The notes under the pieces: generated by a model
Databases searched by the model: none
Told to the model about the DNA's origin: nothing
What the model saw: the letters and a program-made list of their open reading frames with translations, nothing else
IMG/VR virus record: IMGVR_UViG_3300028592_000015
Span: 1 to 52,514 of that record
Direction: 5' to 3' (one strand)
Length of the DNA: 52,514 bases
Source: a virus
Taxonomy: Duplodnaviria; Caudoviricetes
Program-made: the position numbers and the translations under genes
Shown: positions 26,338-36,015 of the stretch, in pieces
Layout: every line of letters begins with the position of its first letter
Numbering within the stretch: position 1 is the stretch's first letter

Positions 26338-26514
26338 ATGAACGTCACTGCCCAGAAGCTGCGCAAAGCCCTCAACCTCCTCAAGACCGACGCCATTGCG
26401 CACAGCCGCAAGACCGAGGAGCGCGCCTGTGCTGAAATCCTCTCCCTGCCCGAAGATAGCTTCGAGCGCCTTGCAGCGGCCTTCAGCAAGGTCATTTCCG
26501 AATCTGCCGACTGA
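26338..26514 (+). CDS. Hypothetical protein (58 aa; not in ORF track)
   Basis: GGAG RBS; MNVTAQKLRKALNLLKTD...; first gene after PL. Confidence 0.65.
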   Translation: MNVTAQKLRKALNLLKTDAIAHSRKTEERACAEILSLPEDSFERLAAAFSKVISESAD

Positions 26515-26576
26515 CCATTCACCAGCCAGCCCCTCACAGGGCTGGTCAGCGAACGGTTGCGTCCATGGAGATCGCT

Positions 26577-26984
26577 ATGACCAACACCATCAATGCCCAG
26601 AACATTCTGAAGGTCGCAGACGCGATTGAAGGGAAGTCCATTCCCGGTCTCGGCTTCTTCATGGATTACCTGACTTACTCCGGCAGTTCGGCAGCCCACC
26701 TGGATATGATCGGGACACCCAACTGCGGCACAGTTGCCTGCATCGCTGGCTGGGCAAGCCATATCATGGGCCAGGCCGACCGCCCGTCTTTCAGCGGCGC
26801 TCAGGAATTTTTCGGCATCACCGAAGTTCAGCGGGAAGAGCTCTTCTACGCCCGTAACCACCCGCTTACCGAAGACGACGGCGAGGGTTGGGTCCACGCC
26901 CCTCTCGACCAGATTTCTGGCGAGCAAGCCGTCCGCACTCTCCGCCACCTCGCCGCTACCGGCGTCGTCGATTGGACGGTCTGA
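26577..26984 (+). CDS. Hypothetical phage protein
   Basis: GGAG RBS; CGTVACIAGWA motif. Confidence 0.7.
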   Translation: MTNTINAQNILKVADAIEGKSIPGLGFFMDYLTYSGSSAAHLDMIGTPNCGTVACIAGWASHIMGQADRPSFSGAQEFFGITEVQREELFYARNHPLTEDDGEGWVHAPLDQISGEQAVRTLRHLAATGVVDWTV

Positions 26985-26986
26985 TC

Positions 26987-27469
26987 ATGGCAACGTTCAT
27001 TCCAATTGAGCGACTGGCCAGCGGCGTTTGTGTTCACGGAAAGGGCGGCGACTTCGGACCCTTCGGCAATGCTGCCGAGGTCGTGTCGTGCGACTTCGAG
27101 GGCGACAGCTACACCGTCAAAGCCCTCCTCATCGAAACCGATGGCGCCGATGAGTGGTCCGGCGACGACGAGGTGATCTTCAGGGTCGGTGCTGGGGAGA
27201 AGATCGAGTTTGCCGGTCAGGGTATTCCCCCGTTCATGCGCCCCGAAGTGGACGTGACGATCGAGGAATGGGCCGCGAAGGCTGAGGCTCATGAGATGGC
27301 CGCAGACCGGGCCATGGCCGAGGCAGATCGTGTCCGTGGCTATGTGGGTCGGAAGATCGACGAAACGGCGCTGGTGGCTTCCGTAGCCGATGCGCTGGGC
27401 CTCGCTGGTGGAGAGCGCCGTGCCGAGTTCTTCGGTGCGTGTGATCGCGCTCTTCAGGCGGCCGAGTGA
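26987..27469 (+). CDS. Hypothetical protein
   Basis: Packed in the PL operon. Confidence 0.6.
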   Translation: MATFIPIERLASGVCVHGKGGDFGPFGNAAEVVSCDFEGDSYTVKALLIETDGADEWSGDDEVIFRVGAGEKIEFAGQGIPPFMRPEVDVTIEEWAAKAEAHEMAADRAMAEADRVRGYVGRKIDETALVASVADALGLAGGERRAEFFGACDRALQAAE

Positions 27470-27648
27470 TGGCCATGAGCAAGCTTCTCGGCACCATCAA
27501 GATTTGCTCCTGCCTGTTCATGGCTCGGACCTTTGGTGAATACCTGCACTCCGGCTGGGACGGCACAATCGAGTACCAGCGGTACGCTTGGCGCGGTGAG
27601 GAATGGATCATTCCCAATGGCCCGGTTGATACGGAAGGGCTGTTCTGA
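27466..27648 (+). CDS. Hypothetical protein
   Basis: GTGA-coupled ORF. Confidence 0.5.
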   Translation: MMAMSKLLGTIKICSCLFMARTFGEYLHSGWDGTIEYQRYAWRGEEWIIPNGPVDTEGLF

Positions 27649-27773
27649 TGCCCGCTCACCCCATCCTCGAAGCCGCTCTGGCGACCATCACCGGACTGAT
27701 GTTCTTCGCCGCGTTGATAGTGCCGGGATTCTGGCTCCGCTTCGGCTGCATGCCTTGGGAGGCGCTGCAGTGA
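27648..27773 (+). CDS. Small hydrophobic protein (41 aa)
   Basis: TGATG coupling; one TM-like stretch. Confidence 0.45.
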   Translation: MPAHPILEAALATITGLMFFAALIVPGFWLRFGCMPWEALQ

Positions 27774-28132
27774 CCCGCATCACCCAAGCCATCGGCCAAT
27801 CCCCATTCCACCCAATCACCAGCTTCGCCGCCGTCGCAGACGGCTCGGAGCGCGTCACTCCAAAGGAGCCAGGCATGTTCGACCTAATAGGCGCCATCAG
27901 CTCGGCGCGGAAGACCTACGAGGCCGGTGTTTCCATCCGTGGGGCCATTGCCGCGGGCGGCGAGACAGAGCCGCTCCTGGCCGATCTCCATGCCCGGTTT
28001 AAAGAGCAGGCGACGGCCATGGGATATCTGGTCGAGCGCATTGATGACGATGCGGCCCAGGCAACCAAAGCCGACGATATCGACGCCATGACGGCTGTTG
28101 AGGGCGTCGAAGTGATGAGGGCTGCGGAATGA
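27770..28132 (+). CDS. Hypothetical protein
   Basis: GTGA-coupled start with GGAGG RBS. Confidence 0.55.
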   Translation: MTRITQAIGQSPFHPITSFAAVADGSERVTPKEPGMFDLIGAISSARKTYEAGVSIRGAIAAGGETEPLLADLHARFKEQATAMGYLVERIDDDAAQATKADDIDAMTAVEGVEVMRAAE

Positions 28133-29106
28133 AAGCCATCACCATCGAACCCGGCGAAATCATTACCGAGCCCGGCGTCTATGACATGCCGATCGAGTGG
28201 TACCATTCTCAGTGCTGCGACGGCCCGTCGATCAGCTCGAGCGGTATCCGCGCGCTGCTGCGGAGCCCGGCTGAATACTGGCGCACGTCGTCGCTCAACC
28301 CGCACCGCGTCGAAGAAGACGACAAGGAAGCCTTCATCCTGGGCCGCGCTGCGCACCACTTGCTATTGGGCGAGCGTGACTTCGGCAAGCACTTCATCGT
28401 TCGCCCCGAGGAAGCGCCGGACGGACGTGCGTGGAACGGCAACAACAACTCCTGCAAGGCGTGGCTTGAAGATCAGGCTGAAGCTGGACGCACAGTCCTC
28501 ACCCCTGCCCAGATCGAGAAGATCAAGGGCATGGCCGGACTGTTGCCGTGGCAGAAGGGCATGACCAACTGCGGCCTCGCCAATACCCCTCTCGTCGCCC
28601 AAGGCGGCGTGCTGTCTGGCGAGATTGAGCGCTCATTGATTTTCAAGGTTGGCGAGGTCTGGGTGAAGGCCCGTCCCGACGCCATTCCCGGCGACAGCAA
28701 CGACTTTGCCGACCTCAAGACGGTTTCTCCTCGCGGCGTGTCTGGCGTCACCGACCACAGCCTCGCAAACACCGTGCTCGACCATGGCTACCATGTGCAG
28801 GGCGCTGTCATCGGCATGGGCGCGAAGCGCGTCCTCGACCGGAACATGGAAGGCTTTCACCTGGTCTTTGTCGACACCACGACCGTCCATTCGGTCGCGA
28901 TCAAGACGCTGGACGATGCCGACATCGTTCTGGGCGAGCGCTCAACCTTTGCCGCCCTTTCGATCTTCGAGCGCTGCCTTGCCACTGGCGTCTGGCCCGG
29001 CCCGACCGCCCGTCAGGCGGATGCGCAGCGCCTCTCCCTGCCCTCCTACGGTCGCGAAGCGATCGACCGACACCTCGACACCCTTGAAGCGGAGCTTGCC
29101 CAGTGA
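28129..29106 (+). CDS. recE: RecE/ExoVIII-like PD-(D/E)xK exonuclease
   Basis: YH...ISSS, GRAAH, KARPD, DLKT, YHVQ; adjacent to RecT. Confidence 0.88.
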   Translation: MKAITIEPGEIITEPGVYDMPIEWYHSQCCDGPSISSSGIRALLRSPAEYWRTSSLNPHRVEEDDKEAFILGRAAHHLLLGERDFGKHFIVRPEEAPDGRAWNGNNNSCKAWLEDQAEAGRTVLTPAQIEKIKGMAGLLPWQKGMTNCGLANTPLVAQGGVLSGEIERSLIFKVGEVWVKARPDAIPGDSNDFADLKTVSPRGVSGVTDHSLANTVLDHGYHVQGAVIGMGAKRVLDRNMEGFHLVFVDTTTVHSVAIKTLDDADIVLGERSTFAALSIFERCLATGVWPGPTARQADAQRLSLPSYGREAIDRHLDTLEAELAQ

Positions 29107-30119
29107 ACCAGTTGGCACCCAACAATCAGCAGAGCACGTCGCTGGCTTCGGTCGGCATGGCGCGCGAAGGCAGCGGATCTCGGATCGCGCCGCAGAACCT
29201 TGGCGAGGTCGTGAAGTTCGCTGACCTCATGAGCCGCGCCGATATCGCTTTGCCCAAGCACTTGCGCGGCAACCCCGGCGCCTGCATGGCCGTGGCGCTC
29301 CAGGCACTGGACTGGCAGATGAACCCGTTCGCCGTGGCGTCGAAGTCTTATTCGGTCAGCGGAATGATCGCCTACGAAGCTCAGTTGATCGCCGCTGTAG
29401 TGAACACGCGGTCTGGCATCAAGGGGCGGCTGCGCTACGAGTATGAAGGCGAAGGCGCCAATCTTTTCTGCCGCGTCATTGGTAATCTCGACGATACCGA
29501 ATGCATCTATGAAACGCCGACAATCGGCAGCATCACCGTCAAGAACTCCCCGCTGTGGAAGTCTGACCCTAAGCAGCAGCTCGGCTATTTCGCCGCCCGC
29601 TCCTGGGCTCGCCGTCACTGCCCGGAAGTCATTCTCGGGGTCTATGATCGTGATGAGGCGGAGCAGATCAAAGACGTCACGCCGCCGGCCGGTACCGGTC
29701 TTGCTGCTCGCTTGCAGAACAACGGCGGCGGGTTCAGTGCGCAATCGGTAGAGGGCGCCCTTGGCGAGGCTCAGGAGGTCCAAGACCAGCCATTGGCCGC
29801 AGATGGTGACGAACTGGCGGAAATCCCGTCAGAAAGCACGGTAGAGCAGCCGCTAGACCCTTCTTTTGTGGACTGGAACAGCGCCGAGGAAACGGCGTCC
29901 GCTCTCAAGATGGGCGTGCTGCCGGAAGGCTTCTCTACCAATCTCTCCGGCGCTCTCGTCATCCCGGACGAACTGCATGGGAAGAAGGGCCAGCCGCGCG
30001 GCCACAGCATCATTGCTGCGAGCTACGACGAGATCGTCACTGCCTCTGGCGTGGTCGTGAAGTCCAAGGCACCGGACGATGACTTCCCCGGCGATATACC
30101 GAGCGATGGAGACGCATGA
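29103..30119 (+). CDS. recT: RecT-family single-strand annealing protein
   Basis: LPKHLRGNPGAC...MNPFAVA...YEAQL...WARRHCPEVILGVY. Confidence 0.88.
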   Translation: MNQLAPNNQQSTSLASVGMAREGSGSRIAPQNLGEVVKFADLMSRADIALPKHLRGNPGACMAVALQALDWQMNPFAVASKSYSVSGMIAYEAQLIAAVVNTRSGIKGRLRYEYEGEGANLFCRVIGNLDDTECIYETPTIGSITVKNSPLWKSDPKQQLGYFAARSWARRHCPEVILGVYDRDEAEQIKDVTPPAGTGLAARLQNNGGGFSAQSVEGALGEAQEVQDQPLAADGDELAEIPSESTVEQPLDPSFVDWNSAEETASALKMGVLPEGFSTNLSGALVIPDELHGKKGQPRGHSIIAASYDEIVTASGVVVKSKAPDDDFPGDIPSDGDA

Positions 30120-30844
30120 TGGCCCTGATCGCTCGTGTACTGGACTTCGAAACGACGGGTTTCCCCGAAAACGAAGCCGCCGAAATCATCGAATATGGTT
30201 TTGTCGATGTCGACCTGGCTGGACGCTTCATAATCGATGGCAGCGCCCGGCAGGGCCTTCGCAAGCCCATGGGCGAGATTCCGCCTGAGACATCGGCCGT
30301 CCATCATTTCGTGGCTGCTGATTTCGTGGAGGCGCCGGGCCACGTCGAGATGACGAAGACCTTGGCCGGCGGTCTGGCGGAAGACGACATCTATGTCGCC
30401 CACAACGCTGCATTCGAGCAGCACTTCTATTCGAAGCGCCCGCAGTCGTGGATTTGCACGCTAAAGTGCGCCTATCGGGCATGGCCTGAAGCGCCGGGGC
30501 ACAATAACCAGACCCTGCGCTACTGGTTGGGTCTCGATCTCGACCCGGCGCTGGCGATGCCGCCACATCGCGCCCTGCCCGACGCCTATGTGACGGCGCA
30601 CATATTCCAGAAGCTTCTCGATCTTCGTCCCGTCGAGCGCCTGATCGAGATCAGCAAGGAGCCCGGTTTCCTGCCGAGGATGAACTTCGGCAAATACCGC
30701 GGCAAGAGCTTCAAGGAGGTCGCCCAGACCGACCGTGGCTACCTGACTTGGATCGTGGACAAGTCCGATATGGATGCCGACGTGAAGTTCACCGCCAACT
30801 GGTGGCTTCGCCGTGGTCCTGAAGCTGCGGGTGACGCCCAATGA
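30116..30844 (+). CDS. Exonuclease X-like DEDDh 3'-5' exonuclease
   Basis: [26 protein letters not shown]. Confidence 0.9.
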   Translation: MMALIARVLDFETTGFPENEAAEIIEYGFVDVDLAGRFIIDGSARQGLRKPMGEIPPETSAVHHFVAADFVEAPGHVEMTKTLAGGLAEDDIYVAHNAAFEQHFYSKRPQSWICTLKCAYRAWPEAPGHNNQTLRYWLGLDLDPALAMPPHRALPDAYVTAHIFQKLLDLRPVERLIEISKEPGFLPRMNFGKYRGKSFKEVAQTDRGYLTWIVDKSDMDADVKFTANWWLRRGPEAAGDAQ

Positions 30845-31323
30845 ACAGCGTCAACAAGGTAATTCTGGTCGGGAATTTGGGGCAAGACCCTGAAGTCCGG
30901 AACCTCCCCAGTGGCGGCAAGGTCGTGAACCTATCCATCGCCACCAGCGAAAAGTGGAAGGATCGCAACTCGGGCGAGCAGCGCGAAAAGACCGAGTGGC
31001 ACCGTGTCGTTATCTTCTCGGAAGGACTGGGCAAGGTTGCCGAGCAGCACCTGCGCAAGGGGTCTAAGGTTTACATCGAAGGCCAATTGCAAACCCGCAA
31101 ATGGCAGGACCAGTCCGGCGCCGACAAGTTCAGCACCGAGATCGTCTTGCAGGGCTTTAACGCTTCGATGGTGCTGCTCGACGGCCCACAGGGGGCCGGA
31201 GATCGCACGCCATCCGAGGAGCGGGGGAGCGCCGGCAATGGCGGAAGCGAATCCCGCTCCGGTGGCTTTAGTGGTGCAGGCGGCCTCGACAGTGACATTC
31301 CATTTCGTCAGCAGACCGACTGA
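30841..31323 (+). CDS. ssb: Single-stranded DNA-binding protein
   Basis: [15 protein letters not shown]...TEWHRV...DIPF. Confidence 0.97.
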   Translation: MNSVNKVILVGNLGQDPEVRNLPSGGKVVNLSIATSEKWKDRNSGEQREKTEWHRVVIFSEGLGKVAEQHLRKGSKVYIEGQLQTRKWQDQSGADKFSTEIVLQGFNASMVLLDGPQGAGDRTPSEERGSAGNGGSESRSGGFSGAGGLDSDIPFRQQTD

Positions 31324-31337
31324 GCGGGAGAGTCGCC

Positions 31338-31490
31338 ATGCTCATCGCCTCCACACCCCATCCCCGCGCCCCCGAGCCGCTGAACGTGGCCGATCTGGGC
31401 AAGCCGGTATCGATGCGCAAGGCGCTCGCGATCCTGCGGCAGCGTCGTCCGCATGCCGTCTCGCTGCCGAAGCGGAAGATCCGGCCATGA
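31338..31490 (+). CDS. Hypothetical basic protein (50 aa)
   Basis: GGGAG RBS; ATGA coupling to the next gene. Confidence 0.45.
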   Translation: MLIASTPHPRAPEPLNVADLGKPVSMRKALAILRQRRPHAVSLPKRKIRP

Positions 31491-31717
31491 ACCCGTTCCG
31501 CTTCCTGAACCCGTTCTACGCCCTCCGCCTTGAACGCAAGCTGGCAGAGGTAACGGCGCGAGCCGAAGGCCTCGTCGCCCTTGTCGAGGCCGAACAGAAG
31601 CGCCGGCGCGGCTACCTGATGACCGTTGCCGATGCCTTGACCACCGGGCGCACCTCAGAAGCCAAGACGATGGTGGACGCCCTCGTGCTGGTTCTCGGCG
31701 GGAAGGATGCGGCATGA
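31487..31717 (+). CDS. Hypothetical protein
   Basis: MNPFRFLNP start, coupled at both ends. Confidence 0.55.
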   Translation: MNPFRFLNPFYALRLERKLAEVTARAEGLVALVEAEQKRRRGYLMTVADALTTGRTSEAKTMVDALVLVLGGKDAA

Positions 31718-32178
31718 CCATGATCCGCAGCCAGAAGGTTCTGCGCAGCGCCAAGGGCCAGCTCTGCTCTGCCCGCTTCCCCGGCATTTGCTGCGGAGAC
31801 CCGGCCACGACCGTGTGGGCCCATTTGAACGGACATTCGTTCGGCAAGGGCGCGGGCATCAAGGCCCATGACATTCATGGATTCCACGCCTGCTTCGCCT
31901 GTCATTCCTACTACGACACCGGGCACGGCACGAAGCCGCTGATGAGCGATGCCGAATTGCTCTGGGCGGTGCTGGGCGCCGTGACCGAGACATGGGTTCG
32001 CCTGATCGCCGCCGGCATCGTTCTGGTGCCAATGGATGCTGAGAAGCCTGCCGCCGAGCGGCCAATTCCGGCCCGCAAGCCGAAGGCAGAGCGCGCCAAG
32101 ATCCAATCGAGAAATGAATGGCCGAAAGGCCAGAAGCTGCAATCGCGCAATGACCTGCGCCGGAAGGAACGCACATGA
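31714..32178 (+). CDS. DUF1364/YbcO-like putative nuclease
   Basis: SAKGQxC..R.PG.C...TTVWAH...KxHD...ACxxCH..YD. Confidence 0.85.
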   Translation: MTMIRSQKVLRSAKGQLCSARFPGICCGDPATTVWAHLNGHSFGKGAGIKAHDIHGFHACFACHSYYDTGHGTKPLMSDAELLWAVLGAVTETWVRLIAAGIVLVPMDAEKPAAERPIPARKPKAERAKIQSRNEWPKGQKLQSRNDLRRKERT

Positions 32179-32777
32179 CCGTCGAAGCCTATCCGCTGGC
32201 GTGGCCGGCGGGCAAACCCCGGACGCCTTGGCACAAGATCGAGCGCAGCCGCTTCGAGCCCGGCAATCGTCCCCAGGAGGTGGCCAACGTCATCGCCGAG
32301 CTTGGACGGCTAGGCGCGCGCAATGTCGTCGTCTCGACGAACCTGCGGCTGCGAAACGATGGCCTGCCTTATGCCCGCGACCGCGCGCCGGACGACCAGG
32401 GCGTGGCGGTCTACTTCGATTACGCTGGCGGGCAGAAGTGCTTCGCCTGTGATCGCTGGCGCACGATCGAGGAGAACCTGCGCGCCATTTACAAATCGAT
32501 CGAGGCCATTCGTGGCCTTGAGCGCTGGGGCAGCAAGAGCTTCGTCGACGCAGCCTTCACCGGCTTCTCAGCGCTACCGGCGCCGAGCCAACATGCCAAG
32601 CGCTCCTGGCGCCAGGTGTTGGGCATCCTGCATGACGGCCCGATCGATCGGGCAGGTATAGACGCGCTTTACCGCAACAGGGCGCGCGAACGGCATCCCG
32701 ACATGGGCGGCAGCGACGACGCCATGGCCGAACTCAATGCAGCACGTGCCGCGGCATACGAGGAGATTGCGCCATGA
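32175..32777 (+). CDS. Phage protein with C-terminal J-domain
   Basis: YPLxWP start, ACDRW, HPDxGGS...ELNxA. Confidence 0.85.
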   Translation: MTVEAYPLAWPAGKPRTPWHKIERSRFEPGNRPQEVANVIAELGRLGARNVVVSTNLRLRNDGLPYARDRAPDDQGVAVYFDYAGGQKCFACDRWRTIEENLRAIYKSIEAIRGLERWGSKSFVDAAFTGFSALPAPSQHAKRSWRQVLGILHDGPIDRAGIDALYRNRARERHPDMGGSDDAMAELNAARAAAYEEIAP

Positions 32778-33100
32778 GCGACCCACTCCCACCATTCGTC
32801 TACGCAATCTTGTTCGAAGGGGCGCCGATCACATGCCGGGCCACGGTAGCGGAAGTCCGCGAATATCTGGCCGATGTCGTGTTCGATGCCGCTGAACTCT
32901 ATCAGGTCTGGGCCATCGACAGCGTAGGCGAGATCAGCAGCGACCGCACCGAAGCCTTTGCCGAGGCATGGGCAGAGCTATTCGAGCCGGGCGACGGCGA
33001 CGAGCCGGAGGCGATCTTGCGCCCCTACCCTGATTTCATCCGGGCCTTCATTGGCGACAAGCTGGTCGAGAAATACCGGAAAGCGCAGGAGGCGGCATGA
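32774..33100 (+). CDS. Hypothetical protein
   Basis: Coupled ORF. Confidence 0.6.
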   Translation: MSDPLPPFVYAILFEGAPITCRATVAEVREYLADVVFDAAELYQVWAIDSVGEISSDRTEAFAEAWAELFEPGDGDEPEAILRPYPDFIRAFIGDKLVEKYRKAQEAA

Positions 33101-33438
33101 AAGGCACCCAGCCCCTGACGCCAGCAGTCCTGGTCGTCATCGATCGAAACAGCCGCCTGTCGATCCTTCAAGATGAGGGCGTTCAGGTCGTCCTCGTCGA
33201 TGAGCGCGCCGACCCTGAGATGGCAGTCCTCTTGCCGAGGAAGAACCAGGCGCAGGAAATGCTCGAGCGGATCGTCCACAAATACCCGGTGTCGCGCGAT
33301 CACGACCTGAGTGGCGCCGCGGTCAACACGATTTCCCAGCTTTTCTATCATCGCATCGTGGTCGGAGAGCTTGTCCAGAAGGAGGGCTCGACGCCCTTCC
33401 CTCGTCGCCCCATCGTTCCATTTGAGCCCCATGAGTGA
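33097..33438 (+). CDS. Hypothetical protein
   Basis: Coupled ORF, GGAGG RBS. Confidence 0.6.
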   Translation: MKGTQPLTPAVLVVIDRNSRLSILQDEGVQVVLVDERADPEMAVLLPRKNQAQEMLERIVHKYPVSRDHDLSGAAVNTISQLFYHRIVVGELVQKEGSTPFPRRPIVPFEPHE

Positions 33439-33634
33439 GCACATGAAGATCACCACCAAGGAAGACTGGCAGTTTAGCATTGACGTGTTCCAGACCGCAG
33501 ATGGACCCGTAGCGCGGGTCACTGACGGGCGTATGACGCTTGTGGGCGGGGAAGATGCCAAGAAGGGCATGGCGGCCGTTGCTGGCCTCCTGAGCGAGGC
33601 GGCGGCGAAGCTGAAAGCGGAGGCCGGCAACTGA
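33431..33634 (+). CDS. Hypothetical protein
   Basis: Fills the gap before xis; start uncertain. Confidence 0.5.
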   Translation: MSEHMKITTKEDWQFSIDVFQTADGPVARVTDGRMTLVGGEDAKKGMAAVAGLLSEAAAKLKAEAGN

Positions 33635-33638
33635 CGCC

Positions 33639-33878
33639 ATGGCTCGACCATCCCGCATCCCCATGGGCAGTTGGCCTCGGCGCATGAACGCCGAGTTCGC
33701 CGCAGGCTATTGTGGAGAACCCAGCGTTGAGGCATTCCTTGATCGAATCGGGACGGAATACCCTGCCCCCGATGTGAACGAGGGGCGCCGACGGCTGTGG
33801 CTGAGGGACAATCTGGATCGGGCGATGGGAGTGGGCGACCAGGAGGTCGGCCTGTTGGACGCGGCCGAGGTTCTATAG
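33639..33878 (+). CDS. Excisionase-like protein
   Basis: WPRRM..AAGYCG...YP.P...RLW...LD; directly upstream of integrase. Confidence 0.7.
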   Translation: MARPSRIPMGSWPRRMNAEFAAGYCGEPSVEAFLDRIGTEYPAPDVNEGRRRLWLRDNLDRAMGVGDQEVGLLDAAEVL

Positions 33879-33880
33879 CC

Positions 33881-35122
33881 GTGACGATCACCCTGCCCCG
33901 GTTCGTCATTGCCAAGTCCGGTAAGGCTGGCATGGCCTACTATTGGAACCCGCCCGTCTACTGGCGGAAGCAGGCTGAAGCGCAGGGCCGCAAATATCCA
34001 TTCGAGAGCCAGAAGCTCGGTGCCGACTTGCGGCAGGCCGAACTGGACGCCGCCGCCATCCCACACAATGCCCGGTTCGATGAATGGCGCCTCGGCGCCG
34101 TATCTACCCCGTCGCGGCTGTACGCTGCCCATGGAACGGTGGAATGGCTTTTCGAGCAATATCAGGCCAGCGACATCTTCAAGCGACGTGTCGCCGAGCG
34201 CTCACGGCAGGATTACGCCCTGATATTTGCCGCCATCTCGGCAATCCCGACCAAGGACGGCCGGCGTGTTGGGCAGCTCGCCGTTATGAGCATGACGCCG
34301 GCTGCCTCCGAAAAGGTCTACAGCGCCATCATCCAGGAAGAGGTCGACGCGGATGCGACCGCGGCGGCTTTGGCGTCGAGCCCCAAGGCGAAGCCGGTGA
34401 TGACCGGGAAATATCGCCAAGGCGAAAAGGCCATCATGTACGCCAAGACCGCTTGGCGCCTCATGCAGCCGCATCACCCACAGTTGTTCCGACCGGACGT
34501 TCCGAACCCATGGATCGGCGTCCAGCTCGTCAAGCGCACCAAGTTGGTCAAGGCGGCAGTGGACCGCGAGGCGGTCTATAGCTTTGCCTGGGCAGCGATA
34601 GAGGCTAACAGGCCGGAGGCCGCTGCGGCGGCCGTGATCTGCTTCGAGTGGTTGCAGCGTCCTGAGAACGTCATCGGCGGCTATGTGAGGTGGGGAGATT
34701 ACCGGCCCGGCGAATCCATTCGCATCGAGCACCACAAGACCGGGCAGATGGTGGTGCACCCGCTGACGGACGGCGCTGTCGCGTTCTATCCTGAGGCGGA
34801 AGAAATTCTCGCTCAGGTACCCAAGCGCGGGCTGGCGATTGTACTGGGGCCGGATCACACTGAGCCCTACAAGCCCACCAGGTTTGCTCAGATCGTCAGG
34901 AAGATTGCAGACGGCGCCGGGCTACCGAAGACCTTCACGCTCGACGCCTGCCGTCACGGCGGCATGACAGAACTTGAGGAAGCTGGTCTCACCGAAGGCC
35001 AGGGCCGCGCCCTCTCGGCGCATCGCAGCCGGGCCTACGAGCGGTATGCGAAGCGCACCAGCAAGCGCCTGTTGAGTGCAACCAAGGCTCGCCACCAGCA
35101 CCGCGCCGGCGGCCAGGAATAG
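33881..35122 (+). CDS. int: Tyrosine integrase
   Basis: QRPEN (R), HKTG (K), ACRHGG, SAH, RYAKR; next to tRNA-derived attP. Confidence 0.9.
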   Translation: MTITLPRFVIAKSGKAGMAYYWNPPVYWRKQAEAQGRKYPFESQKLGADLRQAELDAAAIPHNARFDEWRLGAVSTPSRLYAAHGTVEWLFEQYQASDIFKRRVAERSRQDYALIFAAISAIPTKDGRRVGQLAVMSMTPAASEKVYSAIIQEEVDADATAAALASSPKAKPVMTGKYRQGEKAIMYAKTAWRLMQPHHPQLFRPDVPNPWIGVQLVKRTKLVKAAVDREAVYSFAWAAIEANRPEAAAAAVICFEWLQRPENVIGGYVRWGDYRPGESIRIEHHKTGQMVVHPLTDGAVAFYPEAEEILAQVPKRGLAIVLGPDHTEPYKPTRFAQIVRKIADGAGLPKTFTLDACRHGGMTELEEAGLTEGQGRALSAHRSRAYERYAKRTSKRLLSATKARHQHRAGGQE

Positions 35123-35223
35123 GCCCAAAATCTTTCTGAAATCCCCGGACAAAAGCCTATTCCAGCCCTTGGACAGAGCGAGAACGTTCAGAAAATGCCT
35201 TGGGATTGTTGAGGCCTTTGCGA

Positions 35224-35261
35224 ATTTGCAATCCGCTGCGTAACCACTCCGCCACGCGGCC
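35224..35261 (-). other. attP core: 5' half of tRNA-Cys(GCA)
   Basis: GGCCGCGTGGCGGAGTGGTTACGCAGCGGATTGCAAAT: acceptor 5' strand, D arm and GCA anticodon loop; no T arm. Confidence 0.85.
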
Positions 35262-35273
35262 TCTGGGCGGCAC

Positions 35274-35302
35274 TAACTAAGCGACGCCAAAGGGTTATGC
35301 AA
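35274..35302 (-). promoter_or_regulatory. Putative replacement promoter for tRNA-Cys
   Basis: TTGCAT-N17-TAGTTA, then GC-rich GTGCCGCCC, 12 nt before tRNA G1. Confidence 0.5.
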
Positions 35303-35402
35303 GAGGCACGTTACCAGCCTGTGAATTTTCTGAAGATCAATCCGCCGCGCAGTCAGAATTTTCTGAAATGCGTTCGGGACTTGTTCGGCGGATGGGCACT
35401 TG

Positions 35403-35636
35403 TCACCACGGCGCAGACGGTGCCGGCGGCTTCCCGCCATTCTCCGCCCTGCCCTTCCCGACGCACACTGGATAGCCATTCTCCCAACCGCAAAAGTTTA
35501 GCCGTCGATCAGCCCTGACAATGCCAAAGGCGGCATTGGGCGCATCGCACCCGTCGCAGAAATAGATGGGGAACTTGGCTTCAGTGCTGGGAACCAGGGA
35601 GATGGCGCCAGTTTCGGATTGATATTTTGTCGGCAT
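35403..35636 (-). CDS. Small Cys-rich hypothetical protein
   Basis: CxxC...AAFG...FC. Confidence 0.5.
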   Translation of the reverse strand: MPTKYQSETGAISLVPSTEAKFPIYFCDGCDAPNAAFGIVRADRRLNFCGWENGYPVCVGKGRAENGGKPPAPSAPW

Positions 35637-35679
35637 GGTCTCTTGCGGAATCGGTTTGGACTTGTGCCATCATCCCTAC

Positions 35680-36015
35680 ATGACCAGGATCTATCAGTGG
35701 ACCACCCTTGACGACGAGATCGCCCTTGATGCGATCATTGTTGGCATCGGCGGCACCAGCATGGAGATGCTTATGGCTGGGCTCTCCTATGTGGAGCCCA
35801 CGGGAAGCATCTACTGGTCGGCATGGATGGGCCCGGAGGGGCAGATCGTCGATGCGGGCGGGGAAATGGGGCCATGGCTGGTGACGGACGCCCTGAAGCG
35901 CGCCGAAGAGCTAAGGACTCAATTCGGCTTCCCGCGCGTTGTGGTGACCATGGAAGAGCGCGGCGTATGGCGTGACGAGTGGGGCACGCTGGCGGATCGG
36001 GAGGGCTATGACTGA
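35680..36015 (+). CDS. Hypothetical protein
   Basis: TGATG-coupled to the SRAP gene. Confidence 0.6.
   Translation: MTRIYQWTTLDDEIALDAIIVGIGGTSMEMLMAGLSYVEPTGSIYWSAWMGPEGQIVDAGGEMGPWLVTDALKRAEELRTQFGFPRVVVTMEERGVWRDEWGTLADREGYD

Larger units (their letters stand above)
35133..35367. repeat. Putative integrase arm-type sites
   Basis: TTTCTGAA at 35133, inverted at 35187-35194, GAATTTTCTGAA at 35323 and 35356, flanking the core. Confidence 0.6.

Noticed and set aside
35209-35261. Complete tRNA-Cys gene
   Set aside because: No T arm or CCA; interpreted as the attP fragment
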